From Octopus bimaculoides (Eukaryota), in NCBI RefSeq assembly GCF_001194135.2, contig NC_069002.1:7677458-7722705 (forward strand): a DNA stretch of 45,248 bases. The letters are read 5' to 3'. This document shows, in pieces, positions 38,034 through 45,248 of this stretch (within the stretch, counting starts at the first letter, position 1; each line of letters opens with the position of its first letter). Below the pieces are notes generated by a model. That model was not told the DNA's origin. It was given only the letters and a program-made list of their open reading frames with translations, and made no database searches. Made by a program: the position numbers and the translations under genes.

Positions 38034-38157
38034 AGAGAGAGGGAGCAATAATTAAAGTGTGGTAAGAGAGAGATGGTGAGGTTTAGAGAGAGTGTGTGTA
38101 TGTGAGAGATAATAGAAGACAATATCTAAGTATATATACGTGTGTGTACATATATCA

Positions 38158-38960
38158 TATGTCTGCATCAAAAAAGTTCTGTAGCGCGCCAACAGATGGC
38201 GGTCCACCGTTGGATGTGCTGTGAGAGCCAACAGTAACCTTCATGATGTAGAGTGTCACATGACATCGTTGTGTGTACTTCACTAGTTGTGAAATTTGCG
38301 ATTTTGTGATCACGTGTATGCCGTAGTCTGTTATTTTTTCATGGAAAATAAGGAACCAACGTGAAATTTTGCGTTAAACTTGGGAATTCTTCTACGGCGA
38401 CGAGGCAATGGGTCGTATGCATTTCGACTGGCACGGACCCTTCAAAAGCAGAAGAACGTCTCTGAAAGACGATGAGTTGTCTGGAAGATCTACCACAAAC
38501 GTCACCAGCGGAAATGTGGTATGGTGCATCGAGAATTCGTTCCCTACCCCCAGGCCTGACTGACAATCGAGAGCTCTACTGCGATGTTTTAAATCGTTTG
38601 AGAGCGGACATTCGGCGAAAAGGACCTGATCTCTGGTGCGCAAAACAACTGGATTCTTCAAGACGACAGTCTACCTTGTCAGCGAGCTCCCCTCCCTCGC
38701 TAGACTGAGAATCTGAGGACATATATCTCTTCTTCAAAATGAAGATGCAGCTCAAAGGTCACCGTTTTGACACCATGGTTCTGATCCAGAGCGAGTCGCA
38801 GAAGGTAATCGATTCGCGTATGGAAAACAACTTCCAGGCCGGATTCCGAAAGTGGCAGGAACGCTGGGACCGGTGTATTGCCGCGCAAGGTGACTATTTC
38901 AGACAAACGGTTACCTAAGGTTTCGTATGCACAAAGCCAAAGCTTTCTTGACAGCTCGTC
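38158..38960 (+). mobile_element. Internally deleted, decayed mariner element
   Basis: Remnants VKFCVKLG, YGDEAMGR..FDWH..FK..RTSLKDDE.SGR, GMVHREFVPPG.T.N..LYCDVL.RLR..IRRK.PDLW, WILQDD, YLFFKMKMQLKGHRF, FRKWQERWDRCIAAQGDYF; weak TIR remnants TCAAAAAAGTT / AGCTTTCTTGA. Confidence 0.92.
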
Positions 38961-39076
38961 AGTTTCTGGAGTCTGAGAAGCTGTCCACACGGGTCTAGAG
39001 CATGGTTCTTTTCTGATAAGAAATCTTAGGTAGCTTTATGTCTATGTCCAAAATTATAATTTTTGTTGTATGTATA

Positions 39077-39115
<39 letters not shown>

Positions 39116-39294
39116 CTGTCGAAGCCCCCAGGCGAAGTAGTGTTGAGTAGCAGTCGAGTAGCAGTTGTGTAGCGGTTGAGTAGAGATCATCCGAAGGTGC
39201 TAGATAGCAGTAGCTTGAGACATAACAATATATATACACACACACATAATACATATATGATATACATAATATCTATATTGGGTTGGAGTGTTTT

Positions 39295-39350
<56 letters not shown>

Positions 39351-39763
39351 CGTGTATATTTGTATATATAAGCACATGCACCAATACATACATGCATAAT
39401 AAAATGCATACACACATACATAGTACATACATACATACTTACATACATACATACATAGACATATATATATATGGATAGACACTAAGAACACACAACAAAG
39501 AGCAGAGCGGACACACACATGTACCTAAACACCCACATATCAATGGCTCGCAACAAAAATTGATAAAGAGCCACGCGTTAAGCGGGTTGATCGGTAGGGG
39601 TGCTGATTTTGGAAATTGTGAATTAATGAGGGTAAATGCTGAGAAGTGTGACTGTCCAACAGGAAACAATTTAGATAACGGAATGGATCATTTTTATTTA
39701 TACAAACCTCTCCTTCACTCCACACTAGATTTTTCTTTTCTCCTCTCGCAATCTCTCTCTCTC

Positions 39764-39805
<42 letters not shown>

Positions 39806-39828
39806 TCTCTCATATGTGTGTGTGTGTG

Positions 39829-39866
<38 letters not shown>

Positions 39867-40595
39867 CATTCATATACACACACAGAAATATACATACATA
39901 TANNNNNNNNNNNNNNNNNNNNNNNNNNNNNNNNNNNNNNNNNNNNNNNNNNNNNNNNNNNNNNNNNNNNNNNNNNNNNNNNNNNNNNNNNNNNNNNNNN
40001 NNNNNNNNNNNNNNNNNNNNNNNNNNNNNNNNNNNNNNNNNNNNNNNNNNNNNNNNNNNNNNNNNNNNNNNNNNNNNNNNNNNNNNNNNNNNNNNNNNNN
40101 NNNNNNNNNNNNNNNNNNNNNNNNNNNNNNNNNNNNNNNNNNNNNNNNNNNNNNNNNNNNNNNNNNNNNNNNNNNNNNNNNNNNNNNNNNNNNNNNNNNN
40201 NNNNNNNNNNNNNNNNNNNNNNNNNNNNNNNNNNNNNNNNNNNNNNNNNNNNNNNNNNNNNNNNNNNNNNNNNNNNNNNNNNNNNNNNNNNNNNNNNNNN
40301 NNNNNNNNNNNNNNNNNNNNNNNNNNNNNNNNNNNNNNNNNNNNNNNNNNNNNNNNNNNNNNNNNNNNNNNNNNNNNNNNNNNNNNNNNNNNNNNNNNNN
40401 NNNNNNNNNNNNNNNNNNNNNNNNNNNNNNNNNNNNNNNNNNNNNNNNNNNNNNNNNNNNNNNNNNNNNNNNNNNNNNNNNNNNNATATATATATATATA
40501 TATATATATACATACATATATATATATAAGGGTTAGACAAAATAATGGAAACACCTAGCATGATAGCATCATAATTTTTGAAATATCTATAAAAC

Positions 40596-40738
40596 CGACC
40601 CCAGTGCGGAACTGGTACTTAATTTATCGACCTCGAAAGGATGAAAGGCAAAGTCGACCTCGGCGGAATTTGAACTCGGAACGTAACGGCAGACGAAATA
40701 CCGCTAAGCATTTCGTCCGGCGCGCTAACGATTCTGCC
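40596..40738 (-). mobile_element. SINE family A (well-conserved head plus core)
   Basis: CGACCCCAGTGCGGAACTGGTACTTAATTTATCGACCTCGAAAGGATGAAAGGCAAAGTCGACCTCGGCGGAATTTGAACTC..CTAACGATTCTGCC. Confidence 0.93.
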
Positions 40739-41589
40739 GTCTGTCTGTCTGTCTGTCTCTCTGTCTGTCTATCCATCTATGCTATTATCTGTGTTGTTGT
40801 GAGTGATTAAACTATAAATATATATCTTCTATCACATTTACAAGCAATCTACACACACACGTATCTTAGAGAAACACATTGTATCGTACTTGCACGTGCG
40901 GATGTATACGTGTATGTTGGTGTATGTCCGTGTTTCTATAGGTGTCCGGTGTGTGTTTGGAGCCTGTATGTGCGTGACTGAGTGTGTGAAAAGAAGGTTG
41001 AGCTTGGAAGAAACAGAAAGAAGTGTACGAAAAAGGATAACCACGGCTGGTCTAAAAGTGCTTCTGTGCCCGCCATTTTATGCGCATTAAGTTATATATG
41101 TAAATATACGAGTGTTTATGTGTGTGTGTGTGTATTTATGAGGGATCATGGGAGCGTTTGCATATCTTTTGGATATGTGTGTATGTTTATTGTATATGTG
41201 TATGTATTTTTATGCGTGTATGCGTGTGTGTTTATTTCTGGGAGTGGAGGTATGTGTAAGCTTGGTGGAGCAGATTTTTCGTTGATAATGTTAGGAAGAA
41301 TTAAATGAAACTAAATAAGATAAAACAGCAAAAAAAAATAATAAAAGGTTCTTGCTAAACTCACTGAGCGAAGCATGTGAGGCACCAGCTAACGATGGAG
41401 TAAACGTTTGAGGTTAAAAGCGTTTATATGGTTAAACGGCGTTAATACACACTCACACAAACACGCACTCGCACATATATTATAACAGCTATGGGCGCAT
41501 ACACACCTTTATGCACACACATAGACATATACATAAACGCACCTACAGAAAAAAAACACAAACACACACACATACATATTAACCCCACC

Positions 41590-41631
<42 letters not shown>

Positions 41632-41737
41632 TGCTATCGCGTGTATATTCTCATATGCAGACGCATTAACATGAGCACAAAGACATGTATATATTCACTT
41701 ATATACACACACATTAACACACACGAATGAACGCACG

Positions 41738-41773
<36 letters not shown>

Positions 41774-42299
41774 CATACACACACACACACTGAAGTCTAA
41801 TCTAAATCACAGAGTGCCACAAACCATTCTCTAAAACCATATTTCCCAACAATTTTCATCAATTCTTCGCCATATCTTATCTCATCCTATCTTTCTTCCC
41901 CCACCCCTCATCAACCTCCACTTCATCACCATCTTTCTGTTCACTCTTGCATGTCATCCTCTTTCTCTCTCTCTCTCTCTCTCTCTCGCTCATAATTTTT
42001 TCTCTCTCTGTTTTTGTTTTGTTTCTTACCATTTTATCTCATTCCTCTCAAAACTTCTTCCCTTGCTCCGTGCCCCTTCCACATAATCTATATCATTGCT
42101 TCGTCTATCCTCCTACTTCCCCTCACACGCTGTCTGTCTCTCCTTTCAATCTGCCACCCCCTGTCTCTGTCTGTCTGTCAGTCAGTCCATCTGTATCTCT
42201 TATTCTTTCTCCCTCTCTCTTTCTTCTCGCTCACTCTTTAATCTTGTTATAAAATTCCTCTTTCATTCTTGTCATCCTTACTTCCTTACACCATTACTC

Positions 42300-42384
<85 letters not shown>

Positions 42385-43294
42385 NNNNNNNNNNNNNNNN
42401 NNNNNNNNNNNNNNNNNNNNNNNNNNNNNNNNNNNNNNNNNNNNNNNNNNNNNNNNNNNNNNNNNNNNNNNNNNNNNNNNNNNNNNNNNNNNNNNNNNNN
42501 NNNNNNNNNNNNNNNNNNNNNNNNNNNNNNNNNNNNNNNNNNNNNNNNNNNNNNNNNNNNNNNNNNNNNNNNNNNNNNNNNNNNNNNNNNNNNNNNNNNN
42601 NNNNNNNNNNNNNNNNNNNNNNNNNNNNNNNNNNNNNNNNNNNNNNNNNNNNNNNNNNNNNNNNNNNNNNNNNNNNNNNNNNNNNNNNNNNNNNNNNNNN
42701 NNNNNNNNNNNNNNNNNNNNNNNNNNNNNNNNNNNNNNNNNNNNNNNNNNNNNNNNNNNNNNNNNNNNNNNNNNNNNNNNNNNNNNNNNNNNNNNNNNNN
42801 NNNNNNNNNNNNNNNNNNNNNNNNNNNNNNNNNNNNNNNNNNNNNNNNNNNNNNNNNNNNNNNNNNNNNNNNNNNNNNNNNNNNNNNNNNNNNNNNNNNN
42901 NNNNNNNNNNNNNNNNNNNNNNNNNNNNNNNNNNNNNNNNNNNNNNNNNNNNNNNNNNNNNNNNNNNNNNNNNNNNNNNNNNNNNNNNNNNNNNNNNNNN
43001 NNNNNNNNNNNNNNNNNNNNNNNNNNNNNNNNNNNNNNNNNNNNNNNNNNNNNNNNNNNNNNNNNNNNNNNNNNNNNNNNNNNNNNNNNNNNNNNNNNNN
43101 NNNNNNNNNNNNNNNNNNNNNNNNNNNNNNNNNNNNNNNNNNNNNNNNNNNNNNNNNNNNNNNNNNNNNNNNNNNNNNNNNNNNNNNNNNNNNNNNNNNN
43201 NNNNNNNNNNNNNNNNNNNNNNNNNNNNNNNNNNNNNNNNNNNNNNNNNNNNNNNNNNTTTCCTTCCTTCCCCCTCCCAAAAAGAAAAGCTCTA

Positions 43295-43345
43295 CATTGT
43301 ATTTGTCCCATCTTCGTTGAGCCCTGTGTGGCTAATAAAAGAAAT
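43295..43345 (+). mobile_element. Probable SINE 3' tail
   Basis: TTTGTCCCATCTTCGTTGAGCCCTGTGTGGCTAATAAAAGAAAT followed by (TATC)n resembles a remembered octopus SINE tail variant; no second copy in this window. Confidence 0.45.
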
Positions 43346-43346
43346 G

Positions 43347-43401
<55 letters not shown>

Positions 43402-43411
43402 GTTTTACTGG

Positions 43412-43799
43412 TCATGCTTCAAGAACCCAGCGAAGAATTTTTGCAGCTCCAAGCCATGCTGATTTTTGTAGGTCTTCTACCTTCACACTTGCACCAATCT
43501 TTTTCAGCCATGTTGGAAGTTGAGTGCTGATACTTCCAAGTGCACCAATTACTATTGGTATCACGCCAGCTCTCCACATTGACCACAACTTTCGTATTTC
43601 CCACTTTAAATCGTCGTAGTTTTTTTCTTTCTTTTTCTTCTTCTTTCACTTTAATCTTTTCGATTATCATACATGTTCTTTCTACTTTATTCACTGCAAC
43701 AATGTCCGGATAATCACACTGGATCGATGCATCCCACAGGATTTTACAATTCTCATTTTCAGTAACTCCTTCTGGAGTTTTCTCATACCACGTCTTCGC

Positions 43800-43800
<1 letters not shown>
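43412..43800 (-). mobile_element. RLE-type non-LTR retrotransposon (R4/Dong-like) endonuclease-domain fragment
   Basis: Minus strand TWYEKTPEGVTENENCKILWDASIQCD..PDIVAVNKVERTCMII..KEEEK [frameshift] YDDLKWEIRKLWSMWRAGVIPIVIGALGSISTQLPTWLKKIGASVKVEDLQKSAWLGAAKILRWVLEA* (stop at 43412-43414). Confidence 0.9.
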
Positions 43801-43877
<77 letters not shown>

Positions 43878-43945
43878 ATGTTATTATTATCATTATTATT
43901 ATCATTATCATTATCGTTATTGTTGTTGTTGTTGTTGTTTTTTGT

Positions 43946-43978
<33 letters not shown>

Positions 43979-44020
43979 TAGTATCATCGTCATCATCATC
44001 ATCACCATCAACATAATCAT
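43799..44020. repeat. (CAT)n then mosaic (TAT/TGT/TAG/CAT)n trinucleotide tract
   Basis: Direct reading. Confidence 0.95.
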
Positions 44021-44054
<34 letters not shown>

Positions 44055-44580
44055 TGTTCCGTCTAAAGTCTTGCAGGTATATCATATATCAGTGCATCTA
44101 TGTTTATGGTGACATATGTGTGTATGTCTATGGAAATATTTGTAAGCCAATATGTGCCAGTGTGTACGTGTTTGCCTGTGCCCATGTGCATGTCTGCATA
44201 CGCGTGTGTCTTTATGCATATCTGTGTGTGAGTATGCGGGTGTGTATTGTATCGTGTGTGCGCATGTGTGTGTTTGTGTGTTTACATGAAAGAAAATCTG
44301 TGATTAATTCATGGTGACATTATCATATCTGATAACACGGATTCTCCAATTATGTTGATTAGCAATATATATATCACCCATAATCACTCCAGCCCGACAG
44401 GGGAGTCGCATCGAGACATTCATCATCGTCGTCGTCGTCGTCATCATCCTCATCATCTTCATCATCATGAATATTATCAGATGTCACGCTCTGAGATATA
44501 TACATATATACACATGACACTTTTATATTCATATTCGTTTACATAATACACACACNNNNNNNNNNTATATATATATCACA

Positions 44581-44855
44581 TGCGTGGTTGTGTGATACGA
44601 AGTTGGCTTTCTATCCACTTGGTTCCAGGTTCAATCCCACAACATGACATCTTGGACAAGTGTCATCTACTATAGCTTTGGGCCGACGAAGGATTAGGAA
44701 AAACGAAAGACAGAAACTGAATGAAGCCTGTTGTATATGTGTGCGCGCGTGTGTGTGTGTATTCATGGGTATGACTGTGTGTGTGTGTGTAGATGCATGT
44801 ATGTTTGTTTGTCCTCCACCACCACTTGCCAACTGCTGTTGGCATGTTTACGTCA
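44581..44855 (+). mobile_element. SINE family B 5' half with internal (TG)n, diverged
   Basis: GTGGTTGTGTG..GGTTCCAGGTTCAATCCCAC..CTTGGACAAGTGTCATCTACTATAGCTTTGGGCCGAC..GAAACTGAATGAAGCC..TTTGTCCTCCACCACC..GGCATGTTTACGTC. Confidence 0.85.
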
Positions 44856-44865
44856 ACATATGTAT

Positions 44866-44918
<53 letters not shown>

Positions 44919-45181
44919 TACATATATATATGTACAAACGTACATACATAACACGTACATTCATATATACATGCATACATAGATACATATATATACATAC
45001 GTACATATACATGTACATACTTACACGTACATACACACGTACATACACATGTACATGTACATACATACATACATCATCCATATGTAGGTTACTGAAACTG
45101 GATGCTTGTCTTGCATCTCGTGTTTCACGCCACTTCTATATTCAGTCGAGAACACACATTTACACACATACACATGGACAC

Positions 45182-45248
<67 letters not shown>

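Overview
Eukaryotic, AT-rich, microsatellite-saturated draft-genome sequence. About 20 N-gaps total roughly 9.5 kb, and most sit at (TA)n or other simple repeats. The SINE families and repeat density point to an octopus genome (inference from remembered repeat consensus, not a database match). No complete protein-coding gene can be supported, and nearly all long ORFs in the track are artefacts of N-runs and (TA/CA/TATC/CAT)n tracts. Recognisable content: (1) about 20 copies or fragments of tRNA-derived SINEs from at least three families, two of which share a core module; (2) decayed protein-coding transposon remnants: a HERO-like and two R4/Dong-like restriction-endonuclease-type non-LTR fragments, a CR1-like LINE, a mariner and a maT/Tc1-like fragment; (3) hAT and Foldback-like element ends; (4) a Penelope-type minimal hammerhead-ribozyme-like motif with a non-canonical core; (5) a few low-confidence candidate exons, the best at 16046-16201 (minus). 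The most interesting signals are the hammerhead-like motif, a HERO-SINE chimera joined at a 4-nt microhomology, microsatellite-embedded RLE retroelements, and modular or tandem SINE architecture.
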